Virus record (IMG/VR): IMGVR_UViG_3300037502_002220
Location: 1-64,000 of that record
Source of the DNA: a virus
Direction: 5' to 3' (one strand)
Length of the DNA: 64,000 nt
This document shows, piece by piece, positions 50,759 to 59,648 of this stretch (positions are counted from its first letter, which is position 1; the number at the start of each line of letters is the position of its first letter). A program made the position numbers and the translations under genes. The notes beneath the pieces are model-generated. The model worked only from the letters and a program-made list of their open reading frames with translations. It was not told the origin of the DNA and searched no databases.

Positions 50759-51250
50759 ATGATGTTAGATAAAGAACTATTAGAACTGTTTAACTACAGG
50801 ATCAACCAGGAAGAAGCTAGTGCTAGGTTATATCTTAAAATGTCTATACACTTAAATGACGTAGGATATTTTAACGCCGCTAAGTTGTGGAAGAAGTTCT
50901 CAGAAGAAGAACGTGAGCACGCAGATATCGCACGTAAGTATTTACTTGCACTAGACATTGAACCAGAGACTAGAGATATTATTGTACCTAACAAAGAGTT
51001 TAACGGTCTAGATGGTGTTATTAACGCTACACTAGAACATGAGTATGAAGTTACACAGCAGTGTGAAGACTTAGCTAAAGCTTGTCTTAAACAACTGTGT
51101 TTTAAATCATTCTCTATTGCACAAGAATATATTAAAATACAAATACACGAGCTTGAGGAATACCACGACATGAAGAATAGATTAGATCTATTTGGTACAG
51201 ATCCTATTAGCTTACGTTTGTATGATAACGAACTCAAAGATATGTTATGA
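50759..51250 (+). CDS. Ferritin (non-haem, FtnA-like)
   Basis: 163 aa; 'N.RINQEEAS..LYL.MS', 'SEEEREHA', 'LEHEYEVT' and 'Q..E..E' ferroxidase ligands. Confidence 0.9.
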   Translation: MMLDKELLELFNYRINQEEASARLYLKMSIHLNDVGYFNAAKLWKKFSEEEREHADIARKYLLALDIEPETRDIIVPNKEFNGLDGVINATLEHEYEVTQQCEDLAKACLKQLCFKSFSIAQEYIKIQIHELEEYHDMKNRLDLFGTDPISLRLYDNELKDML

Positions 51251-51642
51251 GCTGCGCACCCTTTAGTGATCCACTGATGAACGCATTATCATATCTATAT
51301 ACAAATAAAGCTATAGATAAGGATATGCGCATCAGAACTAAACGCATAGACTTCTACTTGAACATCCTTGATAAACAAGCTGGTGTCAAGCTATTTGATA
51401 TCATGGAAGATACACTAGTACCTATCCAAGAGAACTTTAATACTATGCGTGGTCTAGAGCAAGCTGATGAAGTAGCACCAATACCGTCTTATACAGATCG
51501 TATTGCAGAAGGTAGATCAGAAGCTAAGGAAGTGTGGAATAACTCTGATAAAAAACTACCTTCTGGTTTTGACGAAGATCAGCGCATGTACTTAGAAGAA
51601 TTATTTAATGAAGGTATATTAGAACTTAACTGTACGTTATGA
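51247..51642 (+). CDS. Small cargo adaptor-like protein (Cys3 and Cys129 only)
   Basis: 131 aa; ATGA overlaps at both ends. Confidence 0.7.
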   Translation: MSCAPFSDPLMNALSYLYTNKAIDKDMRIRTKRIDFYLNILDKQAGVKLFDIMEDTLVPIQENFNTMRGLEQADEVAPIPSYTDRIAEGRSEAKEVWNNSDKKLPSGFDEDQRMYLEELFNEGILELNCTL

Positions 51643-54600
51643 GCTGTAAAACACCAACGTTTGAAGAACTAATGCAAGCTGTTAAGAACAGGATGTTCTT
51701 AAAGATAGCTAAAGAAAAAACTCAAGACGGTATTGTAGAAGCACTTAAGTTTACCAGTGATGTTCTTCAATTACGCCAGCAGAATGTAAATCCTAAGAAC
51801 GTAGGTGATGATACTTCTCGCTATACGTTAATAGATCCTAGTGCTGGAGATACTTCTGTGTTCTTATCTAATCGTGTAACAGATAGAGTAGCTAGGTACT
51901 ATCGTAAGATATTTGAGAAACCTAGTAACCCTAATACTGCACAAATGGAGTACGGTACTGCTGTACATAAAGTTATGCAGAATCTGTTAGAAGGTAACTA
52001 TAACAACACGCTAGATATTAATGCTGTGTATGCAGCTCAGGTAAACACACCGTACAGCTTAACGTTGGAACAAGTTCAACAGTTAAATAGCTATGCTAAA
52101 AAGCTTTTAAAAGATATCGACGCACAACAACAAGCTATTGACCCTAAAGGTACTTTTAGAATAGCTGTTGAAAACGTAGTCGTAGATCCTGTTAAAGATC
52201 TAGCTGGTACAGTAGACTTAGTAGTAGTATTCTCAGATGGTACAGTAGGAGTCTATGACTTTAAAACAATGTCACCAAAGTCTAATGTCATAGAAAGAAA
52301 TATGTTTGGTCAAATTACCAACGTAACTGGTAGAGACTTTGTAGCTGCTACTACTAGAACAGGTTGGAGTATGCAGATGAACTCCTATCGTGATACATTA
52401 CTAGAATACTACGGTGCTAAAGACGTTAGGTTTACTAGGATTATTCCTATGTTTATGAACTATACGTTAGATGATAATAAGCAAATTACTGGTCTTAGAG
52501 AAATTATAACTGAAGCTAACTTTGAACAGCTATCACCTAGATCTGTAGGTGTAGAAAAGTTTACTAACGCAGCTATTAACGAGTTTCTAAAGACTAGGTA
52601 CGAGTATATAGAGCAGTTAAATAAACAAATACAATCTGCTTCTAGATTAGAGCGTCCTAAGTTGTATCAACAGCTAAACCAAGTGTATGACTCTATAGAT
52701 ATGTTTGTTAACAACATGGATATTACCATGCTGATTAACGATGCACTTGCTGTATCTAAAGGTACTTACGAAACACTAGCTGAACTTAAGGAAGCATATA
52801 CATTTGTTAAAGCTATAGTAGATCTACAGCGTAACTTATCTGATACTACAGAAGCATTTGATATTACCTTTGATGCTGACGTAATAGATACACTAGCTAA
52901 GAATGCAGCAGTACTACATGAAAAGTATATCAAGTTGATTCTTGATGGTGTTGAAGGTAGATACGGTAAGCTTAATGTAGAAGGTGGTGAGATACTACTT
53001 AGTGAAGATGATCTACTTACACAGATCTTTAGCACTACCACAGAATCTCAGAACCCTATTGTAAGATATGCACAAGATTTATTTCAAGGTAGTTACAATT
53101 ATCAACGTAGAGAATTTAGAGATTTTGATGAAGCATTAGCTAGTGTAGAGAAACCATTAATAGAATGGGCTAAGTCTAGAGGTGAAACGTTAGCAGATGT
53201 ATATAAGTATTTACTTGATCTTGAAAACGGTAAGTTCTATGGTAGAGTAGATCTAGCATTTATTGAACGTGCTAATCAAGAACGTGATGCTGAGAACGTA
53301 GAGTTCTTTACTAAGAATTACGAGATAAAAGATAAGAATGCTAAAGGGGAAACGTATAAAGAATGGTACAATCGCAACATAAAAGAACTAACGCAAGTAC
53401 TTGAAGCTAGGTTTAAAAACTTAGATGAAAATCAACGTGTAACTGCTGTACAGCGTGCGCTTGATAATTGGCAGAGTAACAACGATTTAAAGATAGAAAA
53501 CGGTATACCTAGATACCCTAAAGCTTGGTTGAATAAACACAACAGTTGGCTTAAGATTAAACCAGGAGTACTTGCTGCTAATCAATCTGAGCAGTATACG
53601 TTCATGAAAGCTAATAAACCACTGCTAGATTATTACGAGTTCTTGCGCGATAGTGTAGCTAAGTGGAGAGGAGAAACTAGCTACAAACTTATAGATAGTT
53701 ATTTGTTCTATCCTATGGTTAGAGCTAGTGCTATTGAAAAACTAGGTAGGACTAATGCTTATGATACATTACTTACAGACATTAAAGAAGTACTAGAGAT
53801 CAAACAAGATGATCAACTCTTTGGTGTATCTGAAATTAATGACGATGGTACTATGGTAGAAGCTAAGCAGATACCGCTGTACTTTACACAACCGTTTAGG
53901 AACGCTGCTGGTGGTATAGATACATCGCAGATGAGTACAGATATCAGTGCTAGCTTTAGGTTAATGGCTAAGTCTGTGTACAATTACAAGTACATGAATC
54001 AGATTGAAGCTGATATACTAGCACTGCAAGATCTTCTTAAGATGGTCAACTACGAAGAAGGTGGTTGGGGTAAGAAGGTAGTTGACTTTATGAACAGTGT
54101 AGCTAAGAAAGATAAAACAGAATCTGGTTCTATGACCGATACTGTATTTAAAGCACTTAGAGACTATCACCTATATGGTATTAGATTACAGCCAGGGTTT
54201 AATCCTAAGTTTGTAAAAGCTGTAGATAGTGCGATGCAGTGGTTTACACTTAGGTCATTAGGTCTAGGTATCATACCAGCTACTACTTCTTATGTTGCTG
54301 GTCAAGTAAGTGCTAGGTTAGAAGCTGTTAAAGGTCAAATATGGGATACTGAAAAGTGGAACTTAGCTACCAAGCTAATGGCTAAAGAATCTAAGAAGTA
54401 TCACGGTATAGGTTTTTTCTTTGGTGTACACAACGAAGATATGCTACAAGATATCTTACGCCAACGTGTAGGTGGTGTATCTTCAGTACTAGGTAATACG
54501 CTGTACAATAACAATCTTAATAAGTACGTAGATCAGCGTTTGTTAATGGCACCGTGGTCTTATGGTCAAGAACGTTTAGATAATCACATTGCTGTAGCAA

Positions 54601-55637
54601 TGGCACACAGCTATGGTTTTGATAGCAACGGTAATGTAAGATTATTGACTAATCTACCACAAGAGAATCAAAAGAGTGTATACGAACGCATGATCTTTGA
54701 TGAAGCTAAAGGTAGCTTTACTATCGAAGGTCTTAATGAAGAACAAACTTCTAGGGCTATTATACAGTTTCAACAAGCTGTTAGAGCTGGTCAAAAGCGT
54801 GTTACTGGTACACTATCACAAGAAGATATCGCATACTGGCAAACTACGTTAACAGGTAAATTAGTAATGATGTTTAAATCTTGGATGCCTTCTATCCTTA
54901 AAGAAAGATTTGGTGCTACTAGGTTTAATGACGTACTAGATGTAGTAGAGCAAGGTAGATATCGTGCTGTATGGGAGAATAACGAAATAGAAGATAACAC
55001 AAACACACTGGTATATTTCTTACATACTACTAAGAATACAGCAGCGTTTGTAGTTAAGAATCTATTAATGACAAATAGTATTGCACGTAGGTTTGGTGCT
55101 AAGGTTAAGCTAGATGATACTAAACTTAGAAAACAGTACGCTGCATTTCTAAAGAAGTATGAGAAGTACCCTGGTATGCTAGAGAAGGTACCTACGTTTG
55201 AATCTTTTGTGCAAATGAAAGAAGGTCAAATACGTGCTGCTATTGGAGAGTTAGAAGTTTTAATACTACTTTCAGCAGCTATATTCTTGTTAGGTTCTGA
55301 TTTTGATGATGACGGTGAACCACTGTGGTCTGAAACTTGGGTAGCACACCAGATCTTTAAAGTACTTAACCGTACTAAAACAGAACTTAGCTTTACATAT
55401 AATGCAACAGAATACGCTAAGCTAGTAGCTAATCCTATACCTCTTACTGGGTTATTGACACATGTAATTAAGCTACTTGGAAACACAATAGATGAGACTG
55501 GTGATACATTACTTGGTGAAAATAATCAACGAGACAAAGCAGAAAAGTTACATTATACTACAGGACTTATTCAAGGTATGTATCAGCTTAGGAAATTTTT
55601 TGATGTCCTTAGCGTTGATGAAGCAGCTACTCGTTAA
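51639..55637 (+). CDS. Large cargo protein with N-terminal PD-(D/E)XK nuclease domain
   Basis: 'YGTAVH', 'E.....LAGTVDL......VGVYDFKT', 'QMNSY'; C-terminal 'GKLVMMFKSWMP...ERFG' typical of terminal crAss-like cargo proteins. Confidence 0.8.
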   Translation: MSCKTPTFEELMQAVKNRMFLKIAKEKTQDGIVEALKFTSDVLQLRQQNVNPKNVGDDTSRYTLIDPSAGDTSVFLSNRVTDRVARYYRKIFEKPSNPNTAQMEYGTAVHKVMQNLLEGNYNNTLDINAVYAAQVNTPYSLTLEQVQQLNSYAKKLLKDIDAQQQAIDPKGTFRIAVENVVVDPVKDLAGTVDLVVVFSDGTVGVYDFKTMSPKSNVIERNMFGQITNVTGRDFVAATTRTGWSMQMNSYRDTLLEYYGAKDVRFTRIIPMFMNYTLDDNKQITGLREIITEANFEQLSPRSVGVEKFTNAAINEFLKTRYEYIEQLNKQIQSASRLERPKLYQQLNQVYDSIDMFVNNMDITMLINDALAVSKGTYETLAELKEAYTFVKAIVDLQRNLSDTTEAFDITFDADVIDTLAKNAAVLHEKYIKLILDGVEGRYGKLNVEGGEILLSEDDLLTQIFSTTTESQNPIVRYAQDLFQGSYNYQRREFRDFDEALASVEKPLIEWAKSRGETLADVYKYLLDLENGKFYGRVDLAFIERANQERDAENVEFFTKNYEIKDKNAKGETYKEWYNRNIKELTQVLEARFKNLDENQRVTAVQRALDNWQSNNDLKIENGIPRYPKAWLNKHNSWLKIKPGVLAANQSEQYTFMKANKPLLDYYEFLRDSVAKWRGETSYKLIDSYLFYPMVRASAIEKLGRTNAYDTLLTDIKEVLEIKQDDQLFGVSEINDDGTMVEAKQIPLYFTQPFRNAAGGIDTSQMSTDISASFRLMAKSVYNYKYMNQIEADILALQDLLKMVNYEEGGWGKKVVDFMNSVAKKDKTESGSMTDTVFKALRDYHLYGIRLQPGFNPKFVKAVDSAMQWFTLRSLGLGIIPATTSYVAGQVSARLEAVKGQIWDTEKWNLATKLMAKESKKYHGIGFFFGVHNEDMLQDILRQRVGGVSSVLGNTLYNNNLNKYVDQRLLMAPWSYGQERLDNHIAVAMAHSYGFDSNGNVRLLTNLPQENQKSVYERMIFDEAKGSFTIEGLNEEQTSRAIIQFQQAVRAGQKRVTGTLSQEDIAYWQTTLTGKLVMMFKSWMPSILKERFGATRFNDVLDVVEQGRYRAVWENNEIEDNTNTLVYFLHTTKNTAAFVVKNLLMTNSIARRFGAKVKLDDTKLRKQYAAFLKKYEKYPGMLEKVPTFESFVQMKEGQIRAAIGELEVLILLSAAIFLLGSDFDDDGEPLWSETWVAHQIFKVLNRTKTELSFTYNATEYAKLVANPIPLTGLLTHVIKLLGNTIDETGDTLLGENNQRDKAEKLHYTTGLIQGMYQLRKFFDVLSVDEAATR

Positions 55638-55656
55638 AGTACGTGAGCGGTGCGGT

Positions 55657-55690
55657 AAAAAAAAGGACTACACCGCATTTGGTGTAGCCC
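55657..55690 (-). terminator. Rho-independent terminator at the convergence of the two gene blocks
   Basis: Minus strand reads GGGCTACACC-AAATGC-GGTGTAGTCC-T8 (10-bp stem with one G:U pair). Confidence 0.85.
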
Positions 55691-55712
55691 CTAAAATTAC
55701 CCTATGAAAGCA

Positions 55713-55985
55713 TTACAAATTTACACAATAAACTGGATCTTTTACAATAATCCTCCTGTTAGTTTTTTCAACATCAACAGGAATAGCTTTGTTACCGTAG
55801 ACTACAACAACAGGTTCTATGATATGTTTACTGAGTTCTATAGTCTTAGCTACAATAGCTTTATTAAGACTTTCTAATTCTGCTTTATAAGCCTCGAATC
55901 TATTCTGTAGCGTAACTACATCATTAACCATTGCTGCAATCTGCTCTTCAGAAAGATTACTTTCTGGGTGAAATACTTCTTTCAT
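55713..55985 (-). CDS. Hypothetical protein
   Basis: 90-aa ORF, tightly packed operon. Confidence 0.65.
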   Translation of the reverse strand: MKEVFHPESNLSEEQIAAMVNDVVTLQNRFEAYKAELESLNKAIVAKTIELSKHIIEPVVVVYGNKAIPVDVEKTNRRIIVKDPVYCVNL

Positions 55986-55987
55986 GT

Positions 55988-56347
55988 TTAAAGTTCTGTG
56001 TGATCTAATAATACATTTAACTTCGCGTAAAATTCACTGTGCGTAATAATCTGATAGTCTCTGTATAGATCTTTAATGATACTAGGTACCTTACAATCCA
56101 TAGTCTCTACGATAACCCTAGCTAATGTTAAAGCATCTCTACCGTCTATGTATAGTTCTGGTAGTGCTTCCATGCGTACAATCTCACTATTAAACTCGCG
56201 TTCAGACATATGATGCGCACGCATGTACACTCTCTTAGCATCGACACCGACATTAACTAACATATACTGTGGATGTGGATCCTCATGTCTGTAAAATATG
56301 TAGCGTACTTTCCATATTAAACTAGCGTGTAATGGACTATCCTCCAT
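55988..56347 (-). CDS. Hypothetical protein
   Basis: 119-aa ORF overlapping the upstream stop. Confidence 0.65.
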   Translation of the reverse strand: MEDSPLHASLIWKVRYIFYRHEDPHPQYMLVNVGVDAKRVYMRAHHMSEREFNSEIVRMEALPELYIDGRDALTLARVIVETMDCKVPSIIKDLYRDYQIITHSEFYAKLNVLLDHTEL

Positions 56348-56669
56348 AGCTTTCGTAGTTATTCTCGATTAGATACTCAAGGTGTTCTTGCATAGACCTT
56401 TCATCAGATTCTTTAAGCCTACGCATATCATCAGATGCAGCTTCATTAGCTTCATCTCTAGCACGTAAACATACTTCAACAGCTTTAGCTAACACTCTTT
56501 TACGTTTATCATTTGCAGATAACCATTCGTTGATCTTAATTAAACGTTCTGTCTTACTAAGTGCTGGAAATAAATGTTTATTACAGTAGTTTATGGTATC
56601 TTGAAAATCAGGTATACGTGGTATTATTTCGTCGTCTTCTATCTCCCCGATGGAAAGAGTTTCTTCCAA
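56337..56669 (-). CDS. Hypothetical protein
   Basis: 110-aa ORF in operon. Confidence 0.6.
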   Translation of the reverse strand: MEETLSIGEIEDDEIIPRIPDFQDTINYCNKHLFPALSKTERLIKINEWLSANDKRKRVLAKAVEVCLRARDEANEAASDDMRRLKESDERSMQEHLEYLIENNYESYGG

Positions 56670-57388
56670 CGGGGGTTCTTCTTTTTTTTATCATCTTCCT
56701 CCTCAAGATCATCGTCATTTACGTTAGCAGGCTTAGGCTCTGGTTTAGGTTCTGGCTTAGGTTTATTCTCTACTCTAGGTGCAGGTCTATCTAATACGTT
56801 AGATACACCATCATTGACCTGAGCAAATAATCCTAGATAGAACGGTAAGCTAACGTGCGCTATGAGAATAAATATAGACATAAACGTAGTACCATCTTGA
56901 ATAGTAAGCAACGCTTTACCTATACTACCTGAAAAGAGAAAGTTCAAAAACGTGTAAGCTTCTACTTGAGTACCTCTACCTAGTACAATAAACCAAGTGT
57001 TAGCAAATGCTGGTAACACCGTCCATAAACCAGACATGAGTACATCAAGTAATTCTTTACCAACAACCCAAACATTTTGCTTTAACTTAATAGAAGCATA
57101 TAACTCTTGGAATTGTCTATACAGTGTACTACCAAAGACTACTGATATTGCAGCAATAGCCATATGTGACGCTAACCTTACCCAATAGTTCATATTGTGT
57201 AAGAACGCTACGTCAGCAGCTATGAGACCTTCGAGTACAGCTAAGAATACCAAGAGTGCTTCTTGCAATACTACTTTACGATCACGTATAGCATCGATAA
57301 TATCAGTACCTTTAGACTTAGATTTAAAGATTGCGTACAACATTGCTACACCAAGTGCAGCTACAATCATAGGTACATACTGTGTCAT
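56639..57388 (-). CDS. Multi-pass membrane protein with KPEP-repeat tail
   Basis: About 5 hydrophobic segments; C-terminal 'KPKPEPKPEPKP', then acidic and basic patches. Confidence 0.75.
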   Translation of the reverse strand: MTQYVPMIVAALGVAMLYAIFKSKSKGTDIIDAIRDRKVVLQEALLVFLAVLEGLIAADVAFLHNMNYWVRLASHMAIAAISVVFGSTLYRQFQELYASIKLKQNVWVVGKELLDVLMSGLWTVLPAFANTWFIVLGRGTQVEAYTFLNFLFSGSIGKALLTIQDGTTFMSIFILIAHVSLPFYLGLFAQVNDGVSNVLDRPAPRVENKPKPEPKPEPKPANVNDDDLEEEDDKKKKNPRWKKLFPSGR

Positions 57389-57468
57389 TTCTTAGGAAAC
57401 ATTTTTAAATACAATTTGTAAATGAATACTAACCAGATAAGCCAAGCTATTACGTGTATGATCATCAT
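57385..57468 (-). CDS. 27-aa membrane peptide (absent from the ORF track)
   Basis: MMIIHVIAWLIWLVFIYKLYLKMFPKK; ATGA overlaps with both neighbours. Confidence 0.65.
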   Translation of the reverse strand: MMIIHVIAWLIWLVFIYKLYLKMFPKK

Positions 57469-57833
57469 ATTCCGTACATTAACTTGCGAATAAAAAGATT
57501 CATGTTTGAACTTGCTGAACGAAGATCTAGTATCTTATTCTGTACTAAGCTATCTAGTTCTTGTTCTTTTCTATCCATGATCATATTAACTTCTTTTTCA
57601 ACAGCTTTACGTACGAAATCTTCACGTGTACATAGCGTATCTACAATGTGCATACGTTCGTTCTTTAGTACTTTAAAAGTACCTGCGTAAACTTCAGTAG
57701 TATCTACAGTACTAATTGAATCTACCGTAGTAGTTTCTTCCCTAGAACATGCGTACTTGTTAAACATCACTATTACAGCGATCATTACAATACCTTGTAC
57801 GATGTTACTTATCCAACTTGATTTTTGCGACAT
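57465..57833 (-). CDS. Membrane-anchored or lipoprotein-like exported protein
   Basis: Hydrophobic N-terminus then 'YAC' and a Thr-rich linker. Confidence 0.6.
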   Translation of the reverse strand: MSQKSSWISNIVQGIVMIAVIVMFNKYACSREETTTVDSISTVDTTEVYAGTFKVLKNERMHIVDTLCTREDFVRKAVEKEVNMIMDRKEQELDSLVQNKILDLRSASSNMNLFIRKLMYGI

Positions 57834-58230
57834 GATAATTAGGTCCTTTTTGAATCTTTCCAGATCGGTTTAACAATAAAAATAAATCATCCACTTGCTG
57901 TACTGTGTAACCTTCAAGCATATTATCTTCAATATACTTTTCTACTTGCTCTTTAGATGCAGAAGCCTTGCTCATGTTACTGTTATATACAGCAGTCATT
58001 GCTTTTCTTACATCATCATAACTGTAACCTAACGCTAATATCTTAGCCATGGTAACCCACAGTAAGTCTATAGCTTCTTTGAGTTCAGCTTCAGATCTAC
58101 CGTGTTTAAACTCAGCTTCAAGCTCTTTGAGTTCTTCTTGTATCAGCTTAGAGTAAAGGCTACAGGTTTTACGATCTCTGTGCATAGGTACTCCAAACTT
58201 AGACATCCAAATTTCAACTAGTGTAAACAT
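57805..58230 (-). CDS. MazG/PRA-PH-like nucleoside triphosphate pyrophosphohydrolase
   Basis: 'LIQEELKEL', 'KEAIDLLWV', 'VYNSNMSK', 'GKIQKGPNY'. Confidence 0.85.
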   Translation of the reverse strand: MFTLVEIWMSKFGVPMHRDRKTCSLYSKLIQEELKELEAEFKHGRSEAELKEAIDLLWVTMAKILALGYSYDDVRKAMTAVYNSNMSKASASKEQVEKYIEDNMLEGYTVQQVDDLFLLLNRSGKIQKGPNYHVAKIKLDK

Positions 58231-59095
58231 GTAAAAGGTTTTTATATTGTTTAATAGACTCGTGAATTAAATCCTCATCTTTGACTGCAGCGTTAACAGG
58301 TATTTTCATATCTACAGGATAGCGTATGATGTTTTTACCATGCCACCAACTAGCTGTAGTTACTAACTGGGCACCACAAAGAGCTGCTTCATGATACGCA
58401 CTCATAGACTTACACCTATTTACTTGCGTATCCATGATAGGGTGAAATATAAAATGTGGGCTTATATCACAAAGCTTCATAAAGTAAGCCATAGGTTCTG
58501 TCCATGTGATTACATCTTGAAACTGTGAATTAAATCCTGTTGGTGTAATACCCATGAAGTACCACTTAGGTTGCAAGCGATCATCGATTTCTATAAAAAC
58601 ATCTTTGTAGTGTTCGTAATCTTCAAACCTAGCAATAGAACCACGTACTACAATAGTAGGTCTTACTTTCTTAGGTTTATAGCTTAGGTTTAAGTTCAAG
58701 AAGTTTTTAATAGTAACGATATGATGATCTTTACCTAGCTTTTCTTTCCAATATTTTGTAAGTTCGTCTGTAGCACAGATTATAGTATCTGCTAACTCTA
58801 AACAATCTTGATGATCTCGGTAATGATCTGGGTACTGATCATAGATCATAAGATCATCAACATCACATATCACAGGTATACCCATACACTTAGCTACCAT
58901 AATAGCAAAAAGATGGTCTCTGGTATGTGGCATACTCATAAAGAGTATAGAAGCACCAGATAATATCCTAGCATGGTTCTCAGCAGGAATGTACATATCT
59001 TTAACTGTAAAGTTCCTAGCTGCATGGTGAAGCATGTTATCGATCCTGTAATAGTTAGTACCTCTACTTGCTGAACGTACTGTTACAATGGTCAT
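58214..59095 (-). CDS. Glycosyltransferase (GT-B/GT4-like)
   Basis: 'GTNYYRI', 'PVICDVDDL', 'ADTIICATDEL', 'P..D...NRCKS....EAA..G'. Confidence 0.8.
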   Translation of the reverse strand: MTIVTVRSASRGTNYYRIDNMLHHAARNFTVKDMYIPAENHARILSGASILFMSMPHTRDHLFAIMVAKCMGIPVICDVDDLMIYDQYPDHYRDHQDCLELADTIICATDELTKYWKEKLGKDHHIVTIKNFLNLNLSYKPKKVRPTIVVRGSIARFEDYEHYKDVFIEIDDRLQPKWYFMGITPTGFNSQFQDVITWTEPMAYFMKLCDISPHFIFHPIMDTQVNRCKSMSAYHEAALCGAQLVTTASWWHGKNIIRYPVDMKIPVNAAVKDEDLIHESIKQYKNLLHVYTS

Positions 59096-59101
59096 AGTTG
59101 T

Positions 59102-59136
59102 AAAATTAAAAGATGTGGGATGTTACTCCCACATCT
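59102..59136 (-). terminator. Intrinsic terminator-like hairpin
   Basis: Perfect 10-bp stem AGATGTGGGA/TCCCACATCT (59111-59136) followed on the minus strand by TTTAATTTT. Confidence 0.7.
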
Positions 59137-59140
59137 AAAG

Positions 59141-59335
59141 TTATTTTCTTTTTCTTTCGTTATCCTCTATGATAGCAGAATCTATTTCAAGTGATAAACT
59201 AGTAGTCTTACCGTAAACAGTAATATCCATACTTTCAAGTTCATCACGTAACTTCTCGTATATACCTTCTGTGTGTGCATGGTCACCATTAAGTACTACA
59301 TCTAGTGTAACAATTAGTTTCTTTCTAAGATTCAT
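59141..59335 (-). CDS. Hypothetical protein
   Basis: 64-aa ORF in operon. Confidence 0.6.
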   Translation of the reverse strand: MNLRKKLIVTLDVVLNGDHAHTEGIYEKLRDELESMDITVYGKTTSLSLEIDSAIIEDNERKRK

Positions 59336-59341
59336 GGTACA

Positions 59342-59629
59342 CTAGTTTAAATGTACTTTATCAGATTCTATCTTAGTAGCTAACTTCTGTTCAGCTAACT
59401 TTTCAAGAAATGCTACAGGTACTGCAATACAATCATCAATCCTGTTTACACACTTACAGAAAGCATCAAGTTCTGGTGTAACATCATGCTTAGTACACAG
59501 CGTTAAAAAAGCACTGAGCATAGGTTCAAGTTGGCTTTCATCTTTCATACAAGTAGCTATCTTCCACTCGTAGGTAGTATCTTGATACTCGAAAGAAATA
59601 GTACTAGAATTAAAACATATCGTTTGCAT
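59342..59629 (-). CDS. Hypothetical protein
   Basis: Start re-called at ATG 59629 (MQTICF), which has an AT-rich leader and avoids overlap with the upstream gene. Confidence 0.55.
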   Translation of the reverse strand: MQTICFNSSTISFEYQDTTYEWKIATCMKDESQLEPMLSAFLTLCTKHDVTPELDAFCKCVNRIDDCIAVPVAFLEKLAEQKLATKIESDKVHLN

Positions 59630-59648
59630 AGGAATAAATTTAAAATGG

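Noticed and set aside
1392-55486. Numerous antisense ORFs of 60-244 aa within the + strand block, and + strand ORFs within the - block
   Set aside because: They are shadows of strongly codon-biased real genes, with no recognisable motifs or operon coupling.
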